Below, in pieces: positions 30,709 to 39,402 of a DNA stretch of 64,000 nucleotides. The stretch lies in the NCBI GenBank assembly GCA_046569765.1, contig JBKHWC010000008.1:4280-68279 (forward strand), in the 5' to 3' direction. Position numbers and translations under genes: made by a program. Position 1 is the stretch's first letter. Each line of letters begins with the position of its first letter. The notes below the pieces were generated by a model. That model ran no database searches. It was not told where the DNA came from and saw nothing but the letters and a program-made list of their open reading frames with translations. The stretch comes from Alphaproteobacteria bacterium. GTDB taxonomy: Bacteria > Pseudomonadota > Alphaproteobacteria > Rhodobacterales > Rhodobacteraceae.

Positions 30709-31622
30709 GGCAGCGCCCCCGCGACCGAATACAGCTCGGACGGTTCGACCAGCAGGTCCACCGCGATGCGGATCGACACAGCCAGCACCAGAAGCGACAG
30801 AAGGATGCGCAGTTGTTCCGCCTTCAGCTTCACCCCGACCCGCGTGCCGATCTGCGCGCCGACCACGCCGCCCAGGATCAGAAGCAGCGCCAGCATCATG
30901 TCGACGGTCTGGCTGGTGACAGCATGCATCACCGTGGTGAAGGCCGTGACGAAAATGATCTGGAACAGCGAGGTGCCGATCACCACCTTGGTCGGCATCC
31001 CCAGCAGGTAGATCATCGCGGGAACCATGATGAACCCGCCGCCCACGCCCATGATCGCGGCCAGGAAGCCCACCAGCGCCCCCACGGCAAGCGGAGGGAT
31101 CACGCTGATGTAAAGGCCGCTGGCGCGGAACTTCATCTTGAAGGGCAGGCCGTGGGCCCAGGAATGGACATGCGCGCGGCGCACCGGGGCGCCGGGTTTG
31201 CGGGCGCGCAGAAGGCTGCGCAGGCTTTCCTGGAACATCATCGCGCCGATCAGGCCCAGGAAGACGACGTAAGAGAGCTGCACGAAGAGGTCGACCTGAC
31301 CGGCCTCGGTCATCAGGCGAAAGACCCAGACCCCCACCACCGACCCGGCAAGGCCCCCGGCCAGAAGCACCCATCCCATGGTGAAGTCCACGCCCTTGCG
31401 CCGCAGTTGCGCCAGGACGCCCGAAACCGAAGAGGCCACCACCTGGTTCGCGCCGGTCGCCACGGCGACGGCGGGGGGCACGCCGATGAAGAACAGAAGC
31501 GGCGTGATCAGAAAGCCGCCGCCCACGCCGAACATGCCGGACAGGAACCCCACGATGCCGCCCAGCCCCAGGATGAGGAAGGCATTGACCGAGACCTCGG
31601 CGATCGGGAGGTACAGTTGCAT
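30705..31622 (-). CDS. TauE/SafE family sulfite/anion exporter
   Basis: 305 aa with 7-8 TM segments. Repeated G-rich TM motifs (GMFGVGGGFLITP and IMGVGGGFIMVP). Confidence 0.85.
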   Translation of the reverse strand: MQLYLPIAEVSVNAFLILGLGGIVGFLSGMFGVGGGFLITPLLFFIGVPPAVAVATGANQVVASSVSGVLAQLRRKGVDFTMGWVLLAGGLAGSVVGVWVFRLMTEAGQVDLFVQLSYVVFLGLIGAMMFQESLRSLLRARKPGAPVRRAHVHSWAHGLPFKMKFRASGLYISVIPPLAVGALVGFLAAIMGVGGGFIMVPAMIYLLGMPTKVVIGTSLFQIIFVTAFTTVMHAVTSQTVDMMLALLLILGGVVGAQIGTRVGVKLKAEQLRILLSLLVLAVSIRIAVDLLVEPSELYSVAGALP

Positions 31623-31706
31623 GGGCGCGGGCCCGTTCGGGGGGAAAGCGGCGGATTAGTCAAAGGGTTGCGCACCTTTGACCGCGATGTCAAACCCGGT
31701 TTTCCC

Positions 31707-32510
31707 TCATCGGAGGCTGCGGAGGAATTCCCGCAGGATGCGTTCCAGTTTTGCCGCACCCAGGGGGGCCATGGCCTTGGTGTGTTCGTGGCTGATCTTC
31801 TCGTCGCTCATCCCTGCGGCCATGTTGGTGATGGTCGAGATCGCCGCGACCTTCAGGCCCAGGAAACGGGCCAGGATCACCTCGGGCACGGTGGACATGC
31901 CGACCGCGTCGCCGCCCAGAAGCTTCAGCATCCGAATCTCGGCCGGGGTCTCGAAAGTGGGGCCGGAGTACCAGCAGTAGACGCCCTCGGGCAGGTCCAG
32001 CGCCTGTTGCGCGGCGGCGGCTTTCAGCGCGGCGCGCAGGGCGGGGTCATGGGCGTCGGTCATCGGCACGAAGCGGGCGTCGGTCTTTTCACCGATCAGC
32101 GGGTTCAGGCCGGAATAGTTGATGTGGTCCGAAAGCAGCATCACATTGCCCGGCGGGATGTCGCTGCGCAGCGAGCCTGCGGCATTGGTCAGGATCAGCT
32201 CGGTCGCGCCAAGGTCCTTGAGGACCTGCAGCGGCAGCAGCATCGCGCGGGGGTTGCCGCTCTCGTAATAATGCTCGCGCGCGCCAAAGACGGCGACCCG
32301 GACGCCCTCCAGGGTGCCGACATGCAGGTTCGGGTTGTGGCCCGAGACGCCGACATGCGGGAAGCCGGGCAGGTCGGCATAGGGGATCGCGACGCCCTCG
32401 ACCTGCTGCGCGATATGGCCAAGGCCCGAGCCGAGGATCAGGCCCAGTCGCACGGGCGCCTCTCCGGCGCGGCTGCGGATCAGGCTGGCAAGGGTCGCGG
32501 CATCGGTCAT
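31707..32510 (-). CDS. Purine-nucleoside phosphorylase (trimeric PNP family)
   Basis: LGSGLG, ESGNPRAM..., GPTFETPAE and GMSTVPEV motifs. 267 aa. Confidence 0.9.
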   Translation of the reverse strand: MTDAATLASLIRSRAGEAPVRLGLILGSGLGHIAQQVEGVAIPYADLPGFPHVGVSGHNPNLHVGTLEGVRVAVFGAREHYYESGNPRAMLLPLQVLKDLGATELILTNAAGSLRSDIPPGNVMLLSDHINYSGLNPLIGEKTDARFVPMTDAHDPALRAALKAAAAQQALDLPEGVYCWYSGPTFETPAEIRMLKLLGGDAVGMSTVPEVILARFLGLKVAAISTITNMAAGMSDEKISHEHTKAMAPLGAAKLERILREFLRSLR

Positions 32511-32589
32511 CGGTTGCGCCTTCTGGCTGGCGGCGGAGCGGGGGGTTTCACAACCCCCGCACCCACCGTGGGATATTTTCGGAAGAGAA

Positions 32590-32612
32590 GGACAATTTTA
32601 GCCGAATTGTCC
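32590..32612 (-). terminator. 8-bp perfect hairpin directly after the permease stop (possible attenuator ahead of the PNP gene)
   Basis: ggacaatt-ttagccg-aattgtcc. On the minus strand it is followed by TTCTCTTCC. Confidence 0.35.
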
Positions 32613-32615
32613 GGG

Positions 32616-33584
32616 TCAACGTTCCTTCACATAGGGCTCACCCCCTGCGCGCGGCGGGATTGCCTTGCCGATGAACCCGGCCAGCACGATCACGGTCAGC
32701 ACATAGGGCAGCGCGTCCAGGAAGGGGACGGGGACCTTGACCTGGACCACCGCCTGCACCACGTCGGGCCGCAGCGCCAGGGCCTGGAAGAAGCCGAAGA
32801 GGAGGCAGGCCCAAAGCGCCGCCACCGGACGCCATTTGGCGAAGATCAGCGCGGCAAGCGCGATATAGCCCCGGCCCGCCGTCATGTCCTTGCCGAAGCC
32901 CGCCTGCAGCGCGGTCGCCATATAGGCACCTGCCAGACCGCATAGGACGCCGGTAATCGCCACGGCGGCAAAGCGCAGGCCAACGACAGAGACCCCGGCC
33001 GTGTCCACAGCGGCCGGATTCTCGCCCACCGCGCGCAGGCGCAGGCCAAAGCGGGTGCGGTTCAGCACCCACCAGGACAGGGGCACCGCCAGAAGTGCGG
33101 CATAGACCAGCAACGAATGTCCCGAGATGACCTCATGGTAGAGTGGACCGATGACCGGCACGTCACGCAAGGTCTCGGCCAGGGGCAGGGTGACCGGATG
33201 GAACCGCGCATCGCCGGTCAGGGGGGGCGTGCGGCCGCCCTGGCGGAACAGGGCCTGGGCGATCAGGACGGTCAGGCCCGAGGCAAGGAAGTTCAGCGCC
33301 ACGCCGGAAATCAGCTGGTTGCCGCGGAAGGTGATCGAGGCCAGCCCGTGGATCGCCGCAAAGACCAGCGAGGCGCCGATCCCGGCAAACAGACCCAGCC
33401 AGACCGAGCCGGTCAGAAAGGCCACCGCGCCCGAGGCCATGGCGGCGGCCAGCATCTTGCCTTCCAGCCCGATGTCGAAGATCCCCGACCGTTCCGAGAA
33501 CAGCCCCGCAAGGCAGGCCAGCAGGAGCGGCGTCGCCAGGCGCAGGGTGGAATCGAGGATTTGCAGAAGCGTGTTGTAATCCAT
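32616..33584 (-). CDS. ABC transporter permease (BMP/nucleoside type)
   Basis: 322 aa from the ATG at 33584. LAGLFSERSGIFDIGLEGKM motif. 1-nt TGATG overlap with the upstream permease. Confidence 0.9.
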   Translation of the reverse strand: MDYNTLLQILDSTLRLATPLLLACLAGLFSERSGIFDIGLEGKMLAAAMASGAVAFLTGSVWLGLFAGIGASLVFAAIHGLASITFRGNQLISGVALNFLASGLTVLIAQALFRQGGRTPPLTGDARFHPVTLPLAETLRDVPVIGPLYHEVISGHSLLVYAALLAVPLSWWVLNRTRFGLRLRAVGENPAAVDTAGVSVVGLRFAAVAITGVLCGLAGAYMATALQAGFGKDMTAGRGYIALAALIFAKWRPVAALWACLLFGFFQALALRPDVVQAVVQVKVPVPFLDALPYVLTVIVLAGFIGKAIPPRAGGEPYVKER

Positions 33585-34684
33585 CACGCGGCTCCCAGTT
33601 TCTGGCTGCGGACCAGCCCGAAGATGCGGGTGAGCAGCATCCGCACCATCATGTCCAGCGCCCCGGTGAACAGGATCACCAGACCCTGCACCACGATCCG
33701 CATCTCGATCGGGATCGAGGTCCAGAGACCGAGCTCCGCCCCGCCCTGGTAGAGGAAGCCGAACAAGAGCGCCGCCAGCACCACACCGATCGGATGGTTC
33801 CGCCCCATCAGCGCCACGGCAATGCCGATGAAGCCTGCCCCTTCGGAAGAGTTCTGCAGAAGGCGCTCGGCTTCGCCCATCACGTTGTTGATGCTCATCA
33901 TCCCGGCCAGGGCGCCGGACATCAGCATGGTGACCAGAATGATGAAGGTCGGGTTGATCCCGGCATAGCGGGCGGCGGGTTCGGACTTGCCGAAGGCGCG
34001 GATCTGGTAGCCAAGCCGCGTCTGCCACAGGATCGCCCAGACCATCACCGCCATGCCCAGCGCGATGAAAAGCGTGACGTTGGCGGGCACAGGCTTGGTG
34101 AAGATCAGGCCGAGCCCCGGAATGTCGTTCAGCGCCGGAAGGGTCGCGCCTTCCGGGAAACGGGCCGAGGCCGGATCCATCTGTCCCGCCGGGCGCAGGA
34201 CGTCGACCAGGAGGTAGACCAGCAGCGCCGAGGCGATGTAGTTGAACATGATCGTGGTGATCACGATATGGCTGCCGCGCTTGGCCTGGAGATAGGCCGG
34301 GATCGCCGCCCAGGCCGCGCCGAACAGCGCCGCCCCCAGCGTTGCGGCGACCAGCGCCACGGTCCAGTGCGGCCAGGGCAGCGCCAGGCAGACCAGCGCC
34401 ACGCCAAGGCCGCCCAACTGGGCCTGCCCCTCACCGCCGATGTTGAACAGACCCGCATGGAAGGCGATGGTCACGGAAAGGCCGGTGAAGATGAAGCTGG
34501 TGGTGTAATACAGCGTATAGCCCCAGCCATAGGCCGACCCGAGCGCGCCATCGACCATGACGTTGAACGCCTCGACCGGGCTTTGGCCGATCGACAGCAG
34601 CACGATGGCCGAGATGATCGCGGCCAGCAGAAGCGAGATCACGGGCACCAGGACCACATCGGCCCAACGCGGCAAACGGTCCAT
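33584..34684 (-). CDS. ABC transporter permease (BMP/nucleoside type)
   Basis: 366 aa from the ATG at 34684. FHAGLFNIGGEGQ motif. Polytopic. Confidence 0.9.
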   Translation of the reverse strand: MDRLPRWADVVLVPVISLLLAAIISAIVLLSIGQSPVEAFNVMVDGALGSAYGWGYTLYYTTSFIFTGLSVTIAFHAGLFNIGGEGQAQLGGLGVALVCLALPWPHWTVALVAATLGAALFGAAWAAIPAYLQAKRGSHIVITTIMFNYIASALLVYLLVDVLRPAGQMDPASARFPEGATLPALNDIPGLGLIFTKPVPANVTLFIALGMAVMVWAILWQTRLGYQIRAFGKSEPAARYAGINPTFIILVTMLMSGALAGMMSINNVMGEAERLLQNSSEGAGFIGIAVALMGRNHPIGVVLAALLFGFLYQGGAELGLWTSIPIEMRIVVQGLVILFTGALDMMVRMLLTRIFGLVRSQKLGAA

Positions 34685-34710
34685 CAGGCGGCCCTCCCTG
34701 CTTTGGCGGT

Positions 34711-34838
34711 TGCCCCCCCACCCCAGCCCTCCCCCACGGCGGGGGGAGGGAGGCTCCCGGCCTTGCAGGCGAGGCACGCGGGGCGGGCCGAAGTGCCTCC
34801 CCTCCCCCTTTGTGGGGAGGGGATGGGGGTGGGGGGCT
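34711..34838. repeat. Nested G/C-run palindromic element inside the ABC operon
   Basis: The unit gcccccccaccccagccctccccc and its inverted copy ggggaggggatgggggtggggggc flank two internal hairpins: ccctccccc/gggggaggg and tcccctcccc/ggggagggga (10-bp perfect stem). Confidence 0.65.
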
Positions 34839-34850
34839 GCCGCAGAAAGC

Positions 34851-36395
34851 TCATGCTGCCTCTCCCTTCCCGGTCATGCCCGCCATCAGCATCCCCAACT
34901 CGCGCTCATCGGTCTTTTCGGGATCGCGGAAGCCCATGATCCTGCCGTCGAACATCACCGCGATCCGGTCGGAAAGGGACAGGATCTCGTCCAGCTCGAC
35001 GCTGACCAAAAGCACCGCCTTGCCCGCGTCGCGCAGCGCGACGATCTGGTTATGGATGAACTCGATCGCGCCGATGTCCACGCCACGGGTCGGCTGACCG
35101 ACCAGCAACAGGTCCGGGTTCTGCTCCATCTCGCGCGCCACCACGATCTTTTGCTGGTTCCCGCCCGAGAAGCTCTTGGCCGCCAGGCCGGGAATCGGCG
35201 GGCGCACGTCAAACTTCTGCATCTTGCGGGCGGTGTCCTGCCGCAGCGCCTCGTTGTCCATGAAAAGCGCGTTCTTCTGGTATTCCGGTTCGTTGAAATA
35301 GCCGAAGGCCACGTTCTCCCAGGCGGTGAAGTCCAGGATCAACCCGTAATGATGCCGGTCCTCGGGCACATGGGCGATCCCGGCCCGCCGCCGCGACTGC
35401 CCGTCCGAACCCTTGCCCGACAGCGGCAGGTCGGCCCCGTTCAGCGTGACCTTGCCCGTCGCGCGCATCATGCCGCCAAGCGCGGCCAGCAGTTCCGACT
35501 GGCCGTTCCCGGCCACCCCGGCGATGCCCAGGATCTCGCCCGCGCGGATCTCGAAGCTGACGCCCTTCAGGCGCTCGACCTTGTGTTCGTCGCTGACGCG
35601 CAGATCCTCGACCTTCAGGACCACCGCGCCGGGGGTCGCGGGCTTCTTCTCGACTTCCAAGAGGACCTTGCGGCCGACCATCAGTTCCGCCAGTTGCTCG
35701 GGGCTGGTCTCGGCGGTCTTTACCGTGGCGACCATCGTGCCGCGCCGCATGACGCTGACGTTGTCGGTCGCCTCCATGATCTCGCGCAGCTTATGGGTGA
35801 TCAGGATGATCGTCTTGCCCTGCTCTTTCAGCCCTTTCAGGATGCGGAACAGGTGATCTGCCTCGGCCGGGGTCAGGACGCCGGTGGGCTCGTCCAGGAT
35901 CAGGATGTCGGCCTGGCGGTACAGCGCCTTCAGGATCTCCACCCGCTGCTGGTGACCGACGGACAGGTCCTCGATCAGCGCGTCGGGGTCGACGTCCAGT
36001 TCGTATTCGCGGCTGAGATCGGCCAGAACCTTGCGCGCCTTGGACAGCGAGTGGTTCAGAAGCTGCCCCTCCTCCGCCCCAAGGATCACGTTCTCCAGAA
36101 CCGTGAAGTTCTGCACCAGTTTGAAATGCTGGAAGACCATCCCGATCCCGGCGCGGATCGCGCTTTGGCTGTCGGGGATCGCAGTCAGCTTGCCACCGAT
36201 GAAGATCTGCCCGGCATCGGCCTTGTAGAAGCCGTACAGGATGGACATCAGCGTGGACTTGCCCGCCCCGTTCTCGCCGATGATCCCGTGGATCGTGCCG
36301 CGCGGCACCGCGATATTGATGTCCTTGTTCGCCTGAACCGGACCGAAGGCCTTGGAGATGCCCTTCAGTTCGATGGCGAGCGTGCCGTCAGCCAT
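34851..36395 (-). CDS. ABC transporter ATP-binding protein with two fused ATPase domains (sugar/nucleoside type)
   Basis: Walker A GENGAGKST and GVAGNGQSEL. Signatures LSVGHQQRVEIL and FSGGNQQKIVVAR. 514 aa. Confidence 0.9.
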   Translation of the reverse strand: MADGTLAIELKGISKAFGPVQANKDINIAVPRGTIHGIIGENGAGKSTLMSILYGFYKADAGQIFIGGKLTAIPDSQSAIRAGIGMVFQHFKLVQNFTVLENVILGAEEGQLLNHSLSKARKVLADLSREYELDVDPDALIEDLSVGHQQRVEILKALYRQADILILDEPTGVLTPAEADHLFRILKGLKEQGKTIILITHKLREIMEATDNVSVMRRGTMVATVKTAETSPEQLAELMVGRKVLLEVEKKPATPGAVVLKVEDLRVSDEHKVERLKGVSFEIRAGEILGIAGVAGNGQSELLAALGGMMRATGKVTLNGADLPLSGKGSDGQSRRRAGIAHVPEDRHHYGLILDFTAWENVAFGYFNEPEYQKNALFMDNEALRQDTARKMQKFDVRPPIPGLAAKSFSGGNQQKIVVAREMEQNPDLLLVGQPTRGVDIGAIEFIHNQIVALRDAGKAVLLVSVELDEILSLSDRIAVMFDGRIMGFRDPEKTDERELGMLMAGMTGKGEAA

Positions 36396-36462
36396 GTACC
36401 ACCCCCTGTGTCACCCTGTTGCCCAAGGTGACTGCCGCCCATACCTGCGGCTTCCTTCCCTG

Positions 36463-36495
36463 CAAAAGTGCCGCGCCCATGGACTGGCGCGGCAC
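36463..36495 (-). terminator. Rho-independent terminator/attenuator after the SBP gene
   Basis: On the minus strand, GTGCCGCGCC-AGTCCATG-GGCGCGGCAC (10-bp perfect stem) is followed by TTTTG. It sits 20 nt after the stop at 36516. Confidence 0.55.
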
Positions 36496-36515
36496 GAAAT
36501 GCGTCTTGTCCGACC

Positions 36516-37508
36516 TTAGAACGTGGCAGCCGGGCAGGTGTTGTCGGTCATGTAGTCGTGAACGACGACCTCGCCCGACTTGATTTTCTCGGCCGCGGCA
36601 TCGACCTTGGCCTGCATTTCCGGCGTCACCAGGCTGGCGTTGTTCTCGTCCATCGCATAGCCCACGCCGTCGTTCGCCAGACCCATCACATTGATGCCGG
36701 GCTTCAGGTCGGTGCCTTCCTTGAAGGCTTCGTAGACCGCGTTGTCCACGCGCTTCATCATCGAGGTCAGGACCGAGCCGGGGTGCAGGTGGTTCTGGTT
36801 GCTGTCGACGCCGATCGAGAGGATGCCTTCGTCCGCGGCCGCCTGCAGCACGCCCACGCCGGTACCGCCCGCCGCCGCATAGATCACGTCCGCGCCCTGG
36901 GCCTTCTGGCCCTTGGCCAGTTCCGCGCCCTTGACCGGGTCGTTCCAGGCCGCCGGAGTCGTGCCGGTCATGTTCAGCACCACGGTCGCGTCGGGGTTCA
37001 CCGCCTTCACGCCCTGGGCGTAGCCGCAGCCGAACTTGCGGATCAGCGGGATGTCCATGCCGCCGATGAAGCCCACGGTCCCCGTCTTCGAGGCCAGCGC
37101 GGCCATCATGCCCACCAGATAGGACCCCTCATGCTCGTTGAAGACGACCGACTTCACGTTCGGCTGGTCCACCACCATGTCGATGATGGCGAACTTGGTC
37201 TCGGGGAAGTCCGGGGCGACAGTGTTCAGCACGTCGCCGAAGGCAAAGCCGGTCATCACGACCGGGTTCGCGCCCGATTCCGCCAGTCGGCGCAGCGCCT
37301 GCTCGCGCTGCGCTTCCGACTGCATCTCCAGTTCCTTGTAGGTGCCGCCGGTTTCCTTGGCCCAACGCTCGGCCCCGTTGAAGGCGGCTTCGTTGAAGGA
37401 TTTGTCGAACTTGCCGCCCAGGTCGAAGATGATCGCAGGTTCCGCGAAGGCTGCCCCGGCGCTCAGGGCGACGGCAGAGGCGCCCAGCAGGGATTTCATG
37501 AAGGTCAT
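36516..37508 (-). CDS. BMP-family ABC transporter substrate-binding lipoprotein/periplasmic protein (nucleoside-binding type)
   Basis: Signal peptide MTFMKSLLGASAVALSAGAAFA. FDLGGKFDKSFNEAA motif. GGGAG SD 7 nt before the ATG at 37508. Confidence 0.9.
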   Translation of the reverse strand: MTFMKSLLGASAVALSAGAAFAEPAIIFDLGGKFDKSFNEAAFNGAERWAKETGGTYKELEMQSEAQREQALRRLAESGANPVVMTGFAFGDVLNTVAPDFPETKFAIIDMVVDQPNVKSVVFNEHEGSYLVGMMAALASKTGTVGFIGGMDIPLIRKFGCGYAQGVKAVNPDATVVLNMTGTTPAAWNDPVKGAELAKGQKAQGADVIYAAAGGTGVGVLQAAADEGILSIGVDSNQNHLHPGSVLTSMMKRVDNAVYEAFKEGTDLKPGINVMGLANDGVGYAMDENNASLVTPEMQAKVDAAAEKIKSGEVVVHDYMTDNTCPAATF

Positions 37509-37663
37509 CGGTTGCTCCCGGTCGATGGTGTTATCCGTCATGCCCTGGTCCGGCCTGCCCCGCAGGGAGAGTCGACACCCGGCACTTCGATTGAAATTGG
37601 TCCGGTTCCCGCTTGACGGTCAAGGGATATTCCGTGCCGGACGCAGCGAATTTGACCGGCTGG

Positions 37664-38104
37664 TCAGGTTGCTACGGGCCTTGCCGTATCGTCAAGCGCC
37701 CGGCGCAGGACCAGCGCATCGACGCTTTTTCCATCTGCGCCCCGGTAATAGCCGCGCCGGCGGCCCGCCGGGATGAACCCCGCCCGGGCATAGACCGCCT
37801 GGGCTGCGTCATTGTCGGCGGCGACCTCCAGAAAGGCGCTCTCGGCCCCGCGCAGCCGGGCCTGGTACAGGAACCGGCTGACCAGCCGCTGGCCAAGCCC
37901 CCTGCGCCGGGCCTCGGGCGCGACGGCAAGGGTCAGAAGCTCGGCCTCACCCGCGACGGCCCGGCCCAGCAGAAACCCGGCATCGCCCTCGACCAGAAGG
38001 AAGACCAGCGGATCGGCCAGGATTTCGGTGAATTCCCCAGGGGTCCAGGGTCGCGGCGTGGCGAAACAGCGCGCGTGCAGCGCGGCAAGGTCAAGGGGTG
38101 TCAC
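37664..38104 (-). CDS. rimI: Ribosomal-protein-alanine N-acetyltransferase (GNAT)
   Basis: LAVAPEARRRGLGQRLV acetyl-CoA motif. Overlaps tsaB by 4 nt, which is the usual tsaB-rimI pairing. Confidence 0.8.
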   Translation of the reverse strand: MTPLDLAALHARCFATPRPWTPGEFTEILADPLVFLLVEGDAGFLLGRAVAGEAELLTLAVAPEARRRGLGQRLVSRFLYQARLRGAESAFLEVAADNDAAQAVYARAGFIPAGRRRGYYRGADGKSVDALVLRRALDDTARPVAT

Positions 38105-38706
38105 GGCAGGATCACCGGCGGCGGGTCGGCGGGCGGTGCGGCATCGGCGCCGCGCAAGTAGAAGGGGGCGGGGCGCGGCTGCGGCGTCGCGGCCCGCTCG
38201 GCCCCGATCCGGGCGATGGCCTCTACCAGTGGCATGGCGGGGGGCAAGGCGCGCTCGCCCGCGGCCGAGCCGGTGGCAGCGCAGGCCGGGACCACCCGGT
38301 CGGCCAGATGAGCGAGGCCCGGACCGTCGCCGGTGAAAAGCTGGACATAGACCTGCCCGCGCTTGGCATCCTCGATCACCACCAGCGGGCGCGGCAGGCC
38401 ATGGGCCAGCGCCTCCAGCCGCGTGACTCCGATCGCCGGGATTTTCAGCCCCAGCGCCAGACCCCGCGCTGCGGCCACCGCGATGCGGACCCCGGTAAAG
38501 TTCCCCGGCCCGGTCCCCACCGCGAGGGCCTTGAGGTCAGCCCAGCCGATGCCGCCTTCGGCCAAGAGCTCCTCCAGCAGCGGGACGAGGCGCTCGGCCT
38601 GCCCCTTCTCCATCGGCTCATCCCGCAGGATCACCCGGTCTGGCAGCAGCAAAGCGGCCGCGCAATGCGCGGCCGAGGTGTCGAAGGCCAGGATCGGCAA
38701 GATCAT
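38101..38706 (-). CDS. tsaB: tRNA t6A biosynthesis protein TsaB
   Basis: ILAFDTSAAHCAAAL N-terminus and GTGPGNFTGVRIAVAAARGLA motif. Confidence 0.85.
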   Translation of the reverse strand: MILPILAFDTSAAHCAAALLLPDRVILRDEPMEKGQAERLVPLLEELLAEGGIGWADLKALAVGTGPGNFTGVRIAVAAARGLALGLKIPAIGVTRLEALAHGLPRPLVVIEDAKRGQVYVQLFTGDGPGLAHLADRVVPACAATGSAAGERALPPAMPLVEAIARIGAERAATPQPRPAPFYLRGADAAPPADPPPVILP

Positions 38707-38721
38707 CGCAGGCCCCGGGCC

Positions 38722-39282
38722 TCAAGCAGCGACGGGACGGACTTCCAGCACTTCCGGGATATAGTGACGCAAGAGGTTCTCGATCCCCATCTTCAGCGTC
38801 AGCGTGCTGGAAGGGCAGCCCGCGCAGGCGCCCTGCATGTGCAGGTAGACCACGCCCCGGTCGAAGCCGTGGAACGTGATGTCGCCCCCATCCTGAGCCA
38901 CCGCCGGGCGGACACGGGTATCCAGCAACTCCTTGATCTGACGGACGATTTCTCCATCCTCACCAGTATGCTCGGCATGGCCGCCGCCCGAAGCCTCACC
39001 CTCGATCACCGGCTGACCCGACTGGAAATGCTCCATGATCGCGCCCAGGATCTGCGGCTTGATGTGCTGCCATTCGACGCCGTCGGCCTTGGTCACGGTG
39101 ACGAAATCGGTGCCGAAGAAGACGCCGGTCACGCCGCCCGCCGCGAAGATGCGCCGCGCAAGCGGGGACTTCGCCGCAGCCTCGGCGCTGGGGAAATCGG
39201 CGGTGCCGAGGTCGAGCACGGTCTGGCCGGGCAGGAATTTCAGCGTCGCGGGGTTCGGGGTGGATTCGGTCTGGATGAACAT
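38722..39282 (-). CDS. Nfu/NifU-family Fe-S cluster scaffold protein
   Basis: MFIQTESTPNPATLKFLPG N-terminal Nfu_N domain and C-terminal CAGCPSS motif. Confidence 0.85.
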   Translation of the reverse strand: MFIQTESTPNPATLKFLPGQTVLDLGTADFPSAEAAAKSPLARRIFAAGGVTGVFFGTDFVTVTKADGVEWQHIKPQILGAIMEHFQSGQPVIEGEASGGGHAEHTGEDGEIVRQIKELLDTRVRPAVAQDGGDITFHGFDRGVVYLHMQGACAGCPSSTLTLKMGIENLLRHYIPEVLEVRPVAA

Positions 39283-39366
39283 GTCCGGGTCTCCGACTGG
39301 ATTAGTCGGATATGCGCCTTCGCCCCCCGACTGTCAAGTTTGGAACCGTTCTAAATCTGGGCGCAA

Positions 39367-39395
39367 CGCAGGGTGGGCGATATCGCCCCCCTGCG
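39367..39395. repeat. Palindrome cgcagggtgggcgatatcgcccccctgcg (shares its core with 62731-62754)
   Basis: Near-perfect hairpin around a GATATC centre, 8 nt after the regulator's stop codon. The same CGCAGGG-NN-GGCGATATCGCCCCC string recurs at 62731. Confidence 0.5.
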
Positions 39396-39402
39396 CCGCA
39401 CC

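Noticed and set aside
37612-37624. cttgac-g-gtcaag palindrome upstream of the nucleoside ABC operon, considered as a second FNR-type box
   Set aside because: Its half-sites resemble TTGAC/GTCAA, but the spacer is 1 nt rather than 4, so it does not fit TTGA-N6-TCAA. It may simply contain a -35-like TTGACC. There is not enough evidence to call a site.
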